A stretch of DNA of 64,000 nt from Candidatus Omnitrophota bacterium (lineage in GTDB: Bacteria; Omnitrophota; Gorgyraeia; JAFGHF01), in assembly GCA_016939375.1 (NCBI GenBank), contig JAFGHF010000063.1, positions 2,119 to 66,118 of the forward strand, in the 5' to 3' direction. The translations under genes were made by a program, and so were the position numbers. Below are positions 18,191-28,080 of this stretch, in pieces (the first letter of the stretch is position 1; each line of letters starts with the position of its first letter). Under the pieces are notes generated by a model that searched no databases, was not told the DNA's origin, and saw only the letters and a program-made list of their open reading frames with translations.

Positions 18191-18221
18191 CTTATATTTA
18201 TAAGTCCACTTATTATTCGTT

Positions 18222-19436
18222 TTATCGTCTAAGCAGCTTTATCATGTCAAACATAGGCAGAAGCATAGAGGCCATAATAAAGGCTACTATCGCGCCCATG
18301 ATGACCAAAAATACGGGCTCCAGGACAGTGGTGATCTTCTTTATGCTATAGTTTATGGCCCGGTCATAAAAATCACTGATCTTGTTCAACATCCCCTCTA
18401 GGTTTCCCGATTCCTCCCCCACAGAAATCATCTGTACTGTGTCTGGGGGAAATTCCGCGCTTACTTTGAGAGATTCAGAAAGCTTCTCCCCTTTTTCCGC
18501 AGCCATGCGCATTTGATAGATGACTTGGCCTAAGACTTCATTATCCACCACATCGCGGACTATATCTAAGGATTGCAAAATAGGCACACCGCTAGCAATT
18601 AAGGTAGAGAGCGTGCGCGCGAAGCGGGAAATGCAAGTTTTGCGTACCAGGGGCCCGATGACCGGAAGTTTTAGAGACAATCTGTCTATTTTTATCCTGC
18701 CGGCGGTGGTCTTTATATAAGCCTTAAAACCCACTCCTATTAAGCCGATGGCCAAAATCATAAGGTACCAAAACTGTTTAATGAAATTACCCAGGTGATA
18801 AAGTAAAATAGTGGCCGCCGGCATTGCTATCCCGGCGCGCTGGAATATTTCCACAAATTTGGGGATGACAAAGGTCACTATAAAGACAATCACTAAAGTG
18901 GCCGCGACAATCAAAATCGCGGGATAAAAAAGGGCCGCCCTTATCTTTTGCCTTAAGTCTTCCTGGGCCTCGGCGAATTCAGCATAGCGGTTGAGCACTT
19001 GGTCTAAATTGCCGCTGGCTTCACCGGCGGCGACCATACTTATGAAAAGCCGGGAGAAAACCCCTGGATACTGGGCAAAGCTTTGGGAAAGACTCAATCC
19101 CCCTTCAACGCTGCGGGCGACATTATCTATGATTTCTTTGAGTTTTCTGTTTTCGACCTGTTTCTTTAGCGTATCTAAACTGGACATTATGCTAAGACCT
19201 GAGTTGAGCATATTGGCCAGCTGAAGGTCAAACATCACTATCTCCTCGGTGCTGATCCTACGCAAGCCTTTACTGAGCTTCTCCAGGCTCACCCCCATTA
19301 AGGCCTCAGCAATATCGATAGGGGCATAGCCCATGCGCTTGAGCTTTTCAGCGACTTCGTCCTTGCTGGCTGCTTCGATAACGCCCTTGACCAGCTTGCC
19401 GCTGTTATCCCTAGCCTTGTAATTGTAATTTGGCAA
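18222..19436 (-). CDS. pilC: Type IV pilus / T2SS inner-membrane platform protein
   Basis: Two T2SSF repeats: GEASGNL, ALFYP, SGVPIL, GEESGNL and LEP. Confidence 0.92.
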   Translation of the reverse strand: MPNYNYKARDNSGKLVKGVIEAASKDEVAEKLKRMGYAPIDIAEALMGVSLEKLSKGLRRISTEEIVMFDLQLANMLNSGLSIMSSLDTLKKQVENRKLKEIIDNVARSVEGGLSLSQSFAQYPGVFSRLFISMVAAGEASGNLDQVLNRYAEFAEAQEDLRQKIRAALFYPAILIVAATLVIVFIVTFVIPKFVEIFQRAGIAMPAATILLYHLGNFIKQFWYLMILAIGLIGVGFKAYIKTTAGRIKIDRLSLKLPVIGPLVRKTCISRFARTLSTLIASGVPILQSLDIVRDVVDNEVLGQVIYQMRMAAEKGEKLSESLKVSAEFPPDTVQMISVGEESGNLEGMLNKISDFYDRAINYSIKKITTVLEPVFLVIMGAIVAFIMASMLLPMFDMIKLLRR

Positions 19437-19438
19437 CT

Positions 19439-21058
19439 TTAGGCCTCCTCAGTAACGCGCATGACTTCTTCCTGAGTAGTTATGCCCTGCTTGACCTTCT
19501 CATCGCCGTCCTGGCGCAGTGTGTGCATTCCCGCTTTTATCGCGGCCTTACGGATATCGTCGGTCGAAGTCTTGGAGTTAGTCAGTTTTCTTATCTCTTC
19601 GCCAGCCAGCATCAATTCAAAAATCCCTTTGCGCCCCTTATAGCCGGTATTGACACAGGAATCGCAGCCTTTTCCTTTACAATCTTTGCAAAGCATGCGT
19701 ACCAGCCTCTGAGCCAATACACCGATCACCGATGAGGCTATCAAAAACGGCTCCACCCCCATATCTATAAGCCTGGTAATCGCTGTCGGCGCGTCATTAG
19801 TATGCAAGGTGGAAAATACCAGGTGTCCCGTAAGCGCTGCCTGGACCGCGATCTCTGCGGTCTCTATGTCACGGATCTCCCCTACCATGATGACGTCCGG
19901 ATCCTGCCTTAAAATAGAACGCAGGCCCGTTGAGAATTCCAAACCCACCTTGTGATTGACCTGCATCTGGCGCACTCCGGGCAGATGATATTCAATCGGG
20001 TCCTCAATAGTGACGATATTCTTTTCTTCTGAATTGATTATATTTAAAGAGGCATAGAGAGTGGTCGTCTTGCCCGAACCGGTAGGGCCGGTGACCAAGA
20101 TTATCCCGTGCGGCCGCTTAATCAACTCTTCATATTTTTTTAATGTATCGGGCAAAAACCCCAGCTGCTCCAGCTTTAAAATAATACTGCTTCTATCCAA
20201 AAGGCGCAGGACCACATTCTCGCCATAAATGGTGGGCACGCAGGAAACGCGGATATCTATCTGCCGGCCTTCCATTTTGATCTGGAAACGGCCGTCTTGC
20301 GGTACCCTGTGCTCGGCGATATCCATATCGGAAAGTATCTTGATGCGCGAGACGATCGCCGATTGTAAAAACTTGGGCGGAGAAATACGCTCGTGCAATA
20401 CTCCATCTATCCTATAGCGGGTGCGTAAGGTCTCTTCTTCCGGTTCGATATGGATGTCACTGGCTCCCTGGCGCACAGCCTCGATGATCATCAAGTTGAC
20501 CATCTTGATGACCGGAGGCTCTTCTACTATCCCCTGGAGCTTTTTCAAATCCTTTTCCTGGCCCGGCTTGATCTTCAATGCCTCGACCTCTAAGCTACTG
20601 ATTACTTCTTCCATAGTGCCACGGGCCCGGTAATGTTCCTCCAAGGCCTTTTTGACTTCCGTTTCTGTAGCTATAGCCGGGTCGATCTCCATGCCAGTCT
20701 TAAGCCTCAATTCATCCAGGGCAAAGACATTCATAGGATCGGCCATGGCCACAGTCAGGCTCTTGCCGATTTTTAATACGGGGATAAGTATGTATTTTCT
20801 GGCCAAATCTTCGGGAACTAATTCGATTATCTTAGGGTCGATCAGGTAATTCTTAAGTTCGACATGCGGTATATTCAACTGTTGGCTTAAAAATACGGCT
20901 AAGTCCGTCTCGCTGATCACGCCTTTGGATACCAACACCTGGCGCAAGGGCTTGGCATTGGCCTTGGCTTCGATCTCGGCCTGTTTAAGCTGCTCGGCAT
21001 TGATAATGCCCTTTTCCAGAAGGCTCTGGCCCAGGGACTTCTTATCTTTCTTGGCCAT
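19439..21058 (-). CDS. pilB: Type IV pilus assembly ATPase PilB/GspE
   Basis: ASDIHIEP, PQDGR, GPTGSGKTTT, EDPIEY, RQDPDVIMVGEIRD, TGHLVFSTLH and CxxC..CxxC; MshEN-like N-terminus. Confidence 0.93.
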   Translation of the reverse strand: MAKKDKKSLGQSLLEKGIINAEQLKQAEIEAKANAKPLRQVLVSKGVISETDLAVFLSQQLNIPHVELKNYLIDPKIIELVPEDLARKYILIPVLKIGKSLTVAMADPMNVFALDELRLKTGMEIDPAIATETEVKKALEEHYRARGTMEEVISSLEVEALKIKPGQEKDLKKLQGIVEEPPVIKMVNLMIIEAVRQGASDIHIEPEEETLRTRYRIDGVLHERISPPKFLQSAIVSRIKILSDMDIAEHRVPQDGRFQIKMEGRQIDIRVSCVPTIYGENVVLRLLDRSSIILKLEQLGFLPDTLKKYEELIKRPHGIILVTGPTGSGKTTTLYASLNIINSEEKNIVTIEDPIEYHLPGVRQMQVNHKVGLEFSTGLRSILRQDPDVIMVGEIRDIETAEIAVQAALTGHLVFSTLHTNDAPTAITRLIDMGVEPFLIASSVIGVLAQRLVRMLCKDCKGKGCDSCVNTGYKGRKGIFELMLAGEEIRKLTNSKTSTDDIRKAAIKAGMHTLRQDGDEKVKQGITTQEEVMRVTEEA

Positions 21059-21064
21059 CTAGCA

Positions 21065-21442
21065 TTACTCCTTGATGAGTCTTTTTATTTTATCCAGCAG
21101 TTCCTGTGGCTCAAAAGGCTTGGCCACATAATCATCCGCCTTGACATACTGGCACATCTCCTCGATACGCTTTTTCCAGTCTTCCTTGGCGGTGAAAATG
21201 ATCACGGGGATAGAGGCTGTCTCTTCGGTATGCTTGATCTCATAGCAGATATCATATCCGTTATTATCAGGCAACATAATATCCAATATTATCAGGTCTG
21301 GCTTTTTTTCCATGATCACTGCTTGGGCGTTTGCGCCGGTATCCAACTGCATCACTTCATAACCGTTAAACTCGAGGCGCTCTTTCAGCAATTCGAATAA
21401 ATATAACTCATCATCGATAATCAATATTTTTTTGCCTGACAT
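21065..21442 (-). CDS. Single-domain response regulator
   Basis: IIDD, LDIMLP, FTA and KPF receiver motifs. Confidence 0.9.
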   Translation of the reverse strand: MSGKKILIIDDELYLFELLKERLEFNGYEVMQLDTGANAQAVIMEKKPDLIILDIMLPDNNGYDICYEIKHTEETASIPVIIFTAKEDWKKRIEEMCQYVKADDYVAKPFEPQELLDKIKRLIKE

Positions 21443-21443
21443 A

Positions 21444-21818
21444 TTATTCCCGCTCCTTTAGAAGTTTTTCTATTTTTCCCAAAAGCTCATCGGGTTTGAA
21501 GGGCTTAGTGATATATGCATCGGCACCGACCTCCTGGCCCAATTTTACATCTTCTTCTTGGGCCCGTGCCGAGAATAGTATTATGGGCACATCGATATAG
21601 TTGGTATCCCTTTTTAACAGGCCACAGACCTTGTATCCATCCATCTGCGGCAACATCAAATCCAAGATGATCAAATCCGGTTTTTCTTTATGCGCGATAT
21701 CAAGGGCCATCTTGCCATCGAAAGCGGTAATCACCTCATAGCCATTGGCCTTCAGCCTTGACTCTACCAGCTTTACAATATGGGGTTCATCATCGACAAC
21801 CAGTATTTTCTTGGGCAT
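21444..21818 (-). CDS. Single-domain response regulator
   Basis: VVDDE, LDLMLP, FSA and KPF. Confidence 0.9.
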   Translation of the reverse strand: MPKKILVVDDEPHIVKLVESRLKANGYEVITAFDGKMALDIAHKEKPDLIILDLMLPQMDGYKVCGLLKRDTNYIDVPIILFSARAQEEDVKLGQEVGADAYITKPFKPDELLGKIEKLLKERE

Positions 21819-21832
21819 AATAACACCTTTTT

Positions 21833-22195
21833 CTAAATATATATTTTGATCGCATCCAGCAGCTTCTGAGGCTCAAAAGGCTTAAAGAGATAATCAGTCA
21901 CCCCTAAGTCTTTGGCCGCTAGAATAGGATCGGTCTGGTCTTCGCAGGTAAGCATGATCACCGGAGTAAATCTTGTCTCTGGCTTAGAGCGTATCCTGCG
22001 CAAGGCCTCCAGACCATCCACGCCCGGCATGTGCACATCGAGCAGGATCAGATCAGGCCGCTCGGCTAAGGCCTTGACTACCGCCTCTTCTCCGTTTGTG
22101 GCTGTAGCCACCTCATAATAGTTGGCCTCTAACCGTGATTTTACTACTTTTATGATATTCGGCTCGTCGTCGACGACTAATATCTTCTTGGCCAT
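21833..22195 (-). CDS. Single-domain response regulator
   Basis: VVDDE, LDVHMP, LT and KPF. Confidence 0.9.
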   Translation of the reverse strand: MAKKILVVDDEPNIIKVVKSRLEANYYEVATATNGEEAVVKALAERPDLILLDVHMPGVDGLEALRRIRSKPETRFTPVIMLTCEDQTDPILAAKDLGVTDYLFKPFEPQKLLDAIKIYI

Positions 22196-22555
22196 TTACG
22201 CTTTCCCTATGTACTTCTCGATCTTCTCTAAAAGTTCCTCGGCCTTAAAAGGTTTGACCATGTAGTCATTTATCCCTTCAACAGCGAATAGGTCCTGCAT
22301 CGCCCCCTGGCCGGTGAGTACGATTACCGGTATCTCTCGTGAGGCCTTTCTTAGCCTGCGCACAAACGTATAGCCATCCATGGCAGGCATAAGTATATCC
22401 AGGATTATCAGGTCCGGATTTTCCTGCTCTACCCTTTCTAAGCCTTCTTTGCCGTTTGAGGCGGCGACTACTTCATAACCGTTGGCCTGCAGGCGGGACT
22501 TTAAGAGTTGGACAATGTGCGGTTCATCGTCGATCACTAAGATTTTTTTAGCCAT
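22196..22555 (-). CDS. Single-domain response regulator
   Basis: IDDE, LDILMP and KPF; close paralog of the next gene. Confidence 0.9.
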   Translation of the reverse strand: MAKKILVIDDEPHIVQLLKSRLQANGYEVVAASNGKEGLERVEQENPDLIILDILMPAMDGYTFVRRLRKASREIPVIVLTGQGAMQDLFAVEGINDYMVKPFKAEELLEKIEKYIGKA

Positions 22556-22912
22556 TTATTCTTTCCTTAAATTTTTTTCGATCTTTTTTAGCAACTCGTC
22601 CGCATTGAATGGTTTTACGACGTAATCGGTTATCCCTTCTATAGCAAATAGATCTTTCATGCCTGATTTAGCTGTAAGCACGATGATGGGGATATCCCCA
22701 TCAGCCTTCTTTAGCCTCTTCACAAACGTATAGCCATCCATCTGCGGCATCAGGATGTCCAGGACAATCAGATCTGGATTTTCTTTTTGAAATCTCTCCA
22801 GGCCCTCTTCTCCGTTTGTAGCCGAAACCACCTCATAGCCGTTAGCTTGCAGGCGCGAGATAAGCACCTTTATTATATCAGGCTCATCGTCAATTACCAG
22901 GATTTTACTCAT
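22556..22912 (-). CDS. Single-domain response regulator
   Basis: Likely start MSKILVIDDE at 22912 after GAGG; LDILMP and KPF. Confidence 0.9.
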   Translation of the reverse strand: MSKILVIDDEPDIIKVLISRLQANGYEVVSATNGEEGLERFQKENPDLIVLDILMPQMDGYTFVKRLKKADGDIPIIVLTAKSGMKDLFAIEGITDYVVKPFNADELLKKIEKNLRKE

Positions 22913-22928
22913 TTTTTCCTCTTTTCGT

Positions 22929-24086
22929 TTAGCTTTTGGGTAAGGTAAAAATAAACTTTGTCCCCTGATCCAATTTGCTTTCCGCCCGGATCTTGCCTTT
23001 ATGCAACTGGACAATCCCTTTGGCGATGGAAAGTCCAAGGCCCGTACCTTTCTCGCCCGGGCCAGCCATGCGGCCGAATTGCTCAAATTTATCGAAAAGT
23101 TTGGGCAGATCCTCCGGTGCGATACCAGGCCCTGTGTCGGCTACGGAGCATTCTACTGTCTCCCCCTCATCGCGCACAGCAATCTCTACATGGCCTTTTT
23201 GGGTAAATTTCAAGGCATTGTTGAGTAGATTGGCAAAGACCTGAGTAATCTTATCTTTATCGGCTGAGATCTCTATTTTTTCAGCCGGCAGATTTGTCTT
23301 TATCTCTAAACTTTTCTTTTGGGCAAGAGGGCCAAAGGTAGAGCCGACCGATCTGGCCAAGGCCACGATGTCAAGGGGTGCCTTTTTGATCTCAACCTTT
23401 CCTGCTTCTATCTTAGATATATCCAGAAGATTGTCAATTATTCTTTTTAAGCGGTCGATATCCTCCAGGCACATAGTCAAAAATTCCTGTTGTTCTTTAG
23501 TGGTGCCCCCCAGAATACCGTCTAAGACCTGAGACACTGTCTCTCTTATCGTAGTCAGGGGAGTGCGCAATTCATGGGATACCGTGGAAATAAAATCGCT
23601 TTTTATCTGGTTGAGCTTCATAAGCTGCTTGTTGGCTACCTGTAACTTCTCGGCGTAAGCCCGGGTCTGCGCTTCCAGGCGTTCTCTTTCTTTTTTATTC
23701 CCGTAATTTTCGACAGTTCTCTTCAGCGCCAGGGACAGGCTGCCCTTGGGCACATCGTCTTTGACCACATAATCGTAGGCCCCTATTTTCATCACCTCAG
23801 CGGCTATCTTTTCATCACCCTCTCCGGTAGCCATAATCACCGGTATATCCACATTATTTTCTTTGAGTTTTTTCACCATCTCCAATCCGGTCATGCCCGG
23901 CATCTTATAATCCACGACAATCAGGTCAAACGTATCGGCGCTTATCTTATCTAATCCCTCAGCCCCTGAGCGGCAGACGGTGACTTCGATATCGAAATCC
24001 TCATTGCCAAGCAAGGCTTCTCTCTCTATCTCCCGGTCTATGGGGCTGTCATCCACTAAGCATACTTTTAGTTTTTTCTTTGACAT
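22929..24086 (-). CDS. Hybrid receiver-histidine kinase
   Basis: N-terminal receiver (VDD, VDYKMP) followed by SHELRTPL, NLLNNALKF, DTGPG and GTGLGL. Confidence 0.92.
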   Translation of the reverse strand: MSKKKLKVCLVDDSPIDREIEREALLGNEDFDIEVTVCRSGAEGLDKISADTFDLIVVDYKMPGMTGLEMVKKLKENNVDIPVIMATGEGDEKIAAEVMKIGAYDYVVKDDVPKGSLSLALKRTVENYGNKKERERLEAQTRAYAEKLQVANKQLMKLNQIKSDFISTVSHELRTPLTTIRETVSQVLDGILGGTTKEQQEFLTMCLEDIDRLKRIIDNLLDISKIEAGKVEIKKAPLDIVALARSVGSTFGPLAQKKSLEIKTNLPAEKIEISADKDKITQVFANLLNNALKFTQKGHVEIAVRDEGETVECSVADTGPGIAPEDLPKLFDKFEQFGRMAGPGEKGTGLGLSIAKGIVQLHKGKIRAESKLDQGTKFIFTLPKS

Positions 24087-26897
24087 CTAAACACTCTCGG
24101 CACTCTTTTTTTGTTTTTGCTTTTTTAAAATAGTAAAATAGAACGTACTGCCTTTACCAACTTCTGATTCAACCCATATCCTCCCGCCGTGTTGCTCGAC
24201 GATCTTTTTGCATATAGTCAGGCCCGCTCCCGTACCTTTATCTTCATCGGTATCCAAACGTTGAAATAGGCCAAATACCGTATCCAGGTGCTCTTTTGGT
24301 ATGCCCTGTCCATTGTCCCTTACGTAAAGGCAAAATTCCGCTGGCGAATCCTCTTTGCAGCCTATCTCTATCATGGGCTTTGGCTTATCATTATATTTTA
24401 TAGCATTAGTGATCAGATTTGTAAATAGCTGAGATATCCTTACTTTTTCAAATTTAATCGTGGGTAACTTTTGGGCTTTTAGCTCGGTATTGCTTTCTTT
24501 GAGACGTACGGTAAGGTCTTCTCTTATCTCATCGATAAGTCTGTTTAAATCTATTTCCTCCAGAGACGCCCTGCGCCGGGCGATCCTGGATAGCTCCAGG
24601 AGGTCTTTGATTAAGGTCTGCATCTTTTGCACCGACCTTTGAATGACGTCTAAATAATGCTTGCCCTGCTCATCCAGTTTATCTTTATATTTATCGTGCA
24701 AAAATTGGCTGAAGGAGGCTATCCCACGCAGCGGTTCCTTTAGGTCGTGCGAGACTACATAGGTAAAATCGTCCAGCTCCTTGTTCGACCGCTCCACCTC
24801 TATTATTTTCTCTTGCAGCTTGTCTTTGGCCTGCTTTAAGTCCCGGCTGGTGGCATTTAAGTCTTCGACCATCAAAAGCATGGCCTTGTCGCTTTTCTGC
24901 AGTTTCTCCACCTGCTCTTGTAATTGTTTTCCCGTCTTGGAAAGTTCCTCGAGTAGTCTTTTATATTCGCGTACATCCCTGGCCGCCAAAATAGCGCTGG
25001 TGGTCTTGCCCTCCTGGTCCTTAAAGGGCACGCCGTTAAAGCTTACCGGAATAGAACGTCCCTGCTTGTCCTTTAGCTCAATCTCTAAGTTAGATACACC
25101 CTGGCCCTGGAGTATTATCTTTTTGATGATCGCCAGGTCTTTCTCTCCGGCCATAAAGAAATCACTTATCGGCCTTTTTATTATCTCGCTTCTGTCATAT
25201 TCTAAAAGTCTGGCGGTAGCGTTGTTCACGGTCTTGATCCTGGCGTTTTTATCGATGACCAAAAGCGCATCATTCATATTTTCGATGATATTGTCCACAT
25301 AGTCTTTAGAAAATGTGGTCTCGCGAAGATTTGCGCTCATCTGCCGGAATGCATTGGCCAGCTGGCCTATCTCGTTCTTGGTCTCTAAGGCCCTGATATC
25401 GCCCATCTGCACATCCAACCGCCCCCGGGCCACACTATCCATCTTATCCGCTAATTGAGTGAATGTATCGGTCATTTTGGAAGCGAAAATATAAGCAACG
25501 CTTGAACCCAAAACTATTGCCAATACGCAGACAAAGACTATCTGGTTTCTGATATTGTTTACGCCTTTAAAAAACTCATCCAAATAAGCCACGGCAGCGA
25601 TCATCCAATCCCAGGGCTGAAAATAAGTATAGGCTAATATTTTTAGCCTGGGGCTTGAGCTCCCGCGCCCTTGGTAAAGGTAAGATATGATCCTGCTCTC
25701 ACCCGGATCCAAGCTAGACGCACTCTCCACGATCTCGCTGATGAAAAGTTTTCCTTGGACATCTTTATCCAAAAGCGCATCCTGACCATCACGGGTGCGG
25801 TTTTCGGACAATATATAGCGGCCCCTTTTTTCGCCCTGGGCGCCGATGAGGCAAAGGTATCCACTCTGTCCTATTTTTTGCCTGGCCATCAAATCTTTGA
25901 GTTGCTCTTTTTTTATTTCCTCAAAGTCGGCTGCTAAGAGGTCCTGGGGATAAAAGGCCACGGCTACAATCCATTCTTTCTGCGGGATGTGCATTATAGC
26001 GACTACCTTTTGGTTTTCCTTATCTTCTATGCTATCCCGCCAATTATATGCGCTATGGCCGATCTCGCCTTCCTTTAGAGACTTTCCTATCACGATAACG
26101 TCACGAAATACAAATTTACCGTCCTGATTTTCCGCATACCAGATATTTTCCCCATCCCGGACGCGGTTCTTGGAAAGTATATAATTACCTTCATAATCGA
26201 GGATGTAAATATAACCGTTTTGACCCACTACCGTGGAGGCTAAAAGGTCGATCAGCTGCGTGTCCATCTGCCTGCTGGACATCTGGTTTATCATATTATC
26301 GAATTGGGATTCCAGCTCGCTGCCCGCCAGCTCCACCTCTTTGTCGTTTACTCCACCGGTCACTCTTTCTCTCATCTTGACAATGCGCATCACCCGGTCG
26401 TATTCGGATAACGCCTTGTCAACGGCTTCTGTATTTATGCCCAATTTTTTGGCTCTCTCAAGGACCCCGGAGACCTCCGCCATAGCTAAGTCAAACTCCT
26501 TGACATAGGCGCTAAACTCGTCCATAGCAAAGCTAAAAAGGAGCATGTTCTTTTCGTATCTTCTGGCCCGCAAAAGCGGCTCTTTGAGCGTATCCGCGTC
26601 GACCTGGGCGCCGATATTTTTGCTGATCAGCTCTTGGACTCCTTTAGCCTGGGAAGTGGCAATATCCTTTGTCTTATCCAAAGCGGCGTCTTTGTTTCCC
26701 TCGACCAGATCATAATATGCCCGGGTAGTGATAAACCAGTCCAGGCATTGGGCCTTCAGCGATTCTTTGATATTTTTAAGTATGGCCTCTTTGGCGCTAT
26801 TGTAGCTTAGTATACCCAGCCCAATAACCGGGATGGTGACCAAAATAACGCATATAGCCATCAGCTGGCTCTTAATGCTTATATCGCCTGTTTTCAT
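24087..26897 (-). CDS. Membrane sensor histidine kinase (Cache-Cache-HAMP-PAS-HK)
   Basis: Two TMs and two GYI/GYL Cache-like repeats. HAMP (NEIGQLANAF), PAS, SHDLKEPL and GTGAGL follow. Confidence 0.9.
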   Translation of the reverse strand: MKTGDISIKSQLMAICVILVTIPVIGLGILSYNSAKEAILKNIKESLKAQCLDWFITTRAYYDLVEGNKDAALDKTKDIATSQAKGVQELISKNIGAQVDADTLKEPLLRARRYEKNMLLFSFAMDEFSAYVKEFDLAMAEVSGVLERAKKLGINTEAVDKALSEYDRVMRIVKMRERVTGGVNDKEVELAGSELESQFDNMINQMSSRQMDTQLIDLLASTVVGQNGYIYILDYEGNYILSKNRVRDGENIWYAENQDGKFVFRDVIVIGKSLKEGEIGHSAYNWRDSIEDKENQKVVAIMHIPQKEWIVAVAFYPQDLLAADFEEIKKEQLKDLMARQKIGQSGYLCLIGAQGEKRGRYILSENRTRDGQDALLDKDVQGKLFISEIVESASSLDPGESRIISYLYQGRGSSSPRLKILAYTYFQPWDWMIAAVAYLDEFFKGVNNIRNQIVFVCVLAIVLGSSVAYIFASKMTDTFTQLADKMDSVARGRLDVQMGDIRALETKNEIGQLANAFRQMSANLRETTFSKDYVDNIIENMNDALLVIDKNARIKTVNNATARLLEYDRSEIIKRPISDFFMAGEKDLAIIKKIILQGQGVSNLEIELKDKQGRSIPVSFNGVPFKDQEGKTTSAILAARDVREYKRLLEELSKTGKQLQEQVEKLQKSDKAMLLMVEDLNATSRDLKQAKDKLQEKIIEVERSNKELDDFTYVVSHDLKEPLRGIASFSQFLHDKYKDKLDEQGKHYLDVIQRSVQKMQTLIKDLLELSRIARRRASLEEIDLNRLIDEIREDLTVRLKESNTELKAQKLPTIKFEKVRISQLFTNLITNAIKYNDKPKPMIEIGCKEDSPAEFCLYVRDNGQGIPKEHLDTVFGLFQRLDTDEDKGTGAGLTICKKIVEQHGGRIWVESEVGKGSTFYFTILKKQKQKKSAESV

Positions 26898-27697
26898 TTT
26901 AACTCTATCCTGCTTTTTAGGGCGGCTATTCGGTCTTGCAGCTCTTTCATCCTGAACTCTCTATTTATCGTCGCCTCACGGAACCTCTCCAGCTCATCCA
27001 GCTTTTCTTTAAGTTCGCGGGTGCGTTCTTCTACTTTTTTCTCCAACTCCTGGTTTAGTTTTCTGATAGTGTCCTGGGCCCTTCTGCTTTCGGTATTGTC
27101 AATCATGGAAAATATCAATCCCTGCTCCAAGTTATCTTTATTAATCGCCCTTAATATCACCAGCGTGGGCACGCGGTGGCCATCCATGTGTACGTAATCG
27201 TATTCATAACTGACACGGTCGAGCCTTACTATATTTTGATAGATGAGTTCCTGATTGACTCGCCGATACTCCTCTTCGCTTGGGTAGATAAAAGCCAGGG
27301 AAGGTTCGCTCATCCACCTCTCTACCGGCCAACCTAAGATATCCTCGGCGGCCTTGCTTATCCAGATGACTTTATCATTTTTGACGAAAAAAATGGCAGC
27401 CGGTGAATCTCCTAATATCGCCGACAAAAGCTTGCGCGAGCTATCCATCTTCTCCATTTTTTCGATTGTCTGGCGGTATTGCGAATCCGCGGTATTGAGC
27501 ATAAACAAAAGCGCTATCGTGGCCAATCCTATACCTACCAACTGAATAAATACTTCTACCCAGCTAAGTGAACCGGCAGGCATCTTGAAAAGCAGGTGTG
27601 GTATATCGAATAACTTGGCCAGTAGCGCCAAAAGTATCAATAGGGCAAACATCACCCCAGCGATCAGCTGTGGACGAAAACCACCATTATTCTCCAT
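26894..27697 (-). CDS. Membrane PAS-domain protein with C-terminal coiled coil and no catalytic output
   Basis: Two TMs, a PAS domain (AAEDILGW, HMDGHRVP) and the tail ELERFREATINREFRMKEL. Confidence 0.75.
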   Translation of the reverse strand: MENNGGFRPQLIAGVMFALLILLALLAKLFDIPHLLFKMPAGSLSWVEVFIQLVGIGLATIALLFMLNTADSQYRQTIEKMEKMDSSRKLLSAILGDSPAAIFFVKNDKVIWISKAAEDILGWPVERWMSEPSLAFIYPSEEEYRRVNQELIYQNIVRLDRVSYEYDYVHMDGHRVPTLVILRAINKDNLEQGLIFSMIDNTESRRAQDTIRKLNQELEKKVEERTRELKEKLDELERFREATINREFRMKELQDRIAALKSRIELK

Positions 27698-27702
27698 GGG
27701 CC

Positions 27703-28071
27703 CTATTCCCCTAATAACTGTTTTATCTTACCAAAAAGCTCCTCTGGCTCAAAAGGTTTAGCTATATAGGCATCCGCACCAACCTCATCTCCCAGCTTTC
27801 TGTCTTCTTCCTGGGCCTTGGCCGAGAAAAGTATGATCGGAATATCTTTGTATCTTGAGTCTTTTTTAAGCAAAGCGCAGACTTTATACCCGTCCATTTT
27901 AGGAAGCATCAGATCCAATATTATCAAGTCGGGATTTTCATTCCGCGCTTTATCTAATGCGGCCTGGCCGTCATTGGCAGAAATGACTTCATAGCCTGCC
28001 GCTTCGAACCTCATCGTCATCATCTCTACCAGCTGAGCCTCATCGTCAACAAGTAAGATCTTTTTGCTCAT
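27703..28071 (-). CDS. Single-domain response regulator
   Basis: LVDDE, LDLMLP and KPF. Confidence 0.9.
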   Translation of the reverse strand: MSKKILLVDDEAQLVEMMTMRFEAAGYEVISANDGQAALDKARNENPDLIILDLMLPKMDGYKVCALLKKDSRYKDIPIILFSAKAQEEDRKLGDEVGADAYIAKPFEPEELFGKIKQLLGE

Positions 28072-28080
28072 CTGCTCCTC

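Noticed and set aside
22913-23086. 58-aa N-terminal extension on the response regulator ORF
   Set aside because: It overlaps the upstream kinase. The ATG at 22912 has a ribosome-binding site and matches the paralog starts. Similar over-extensions were trimmed for amtB, the pilin, the Rcp1-like regulator and ttcA.
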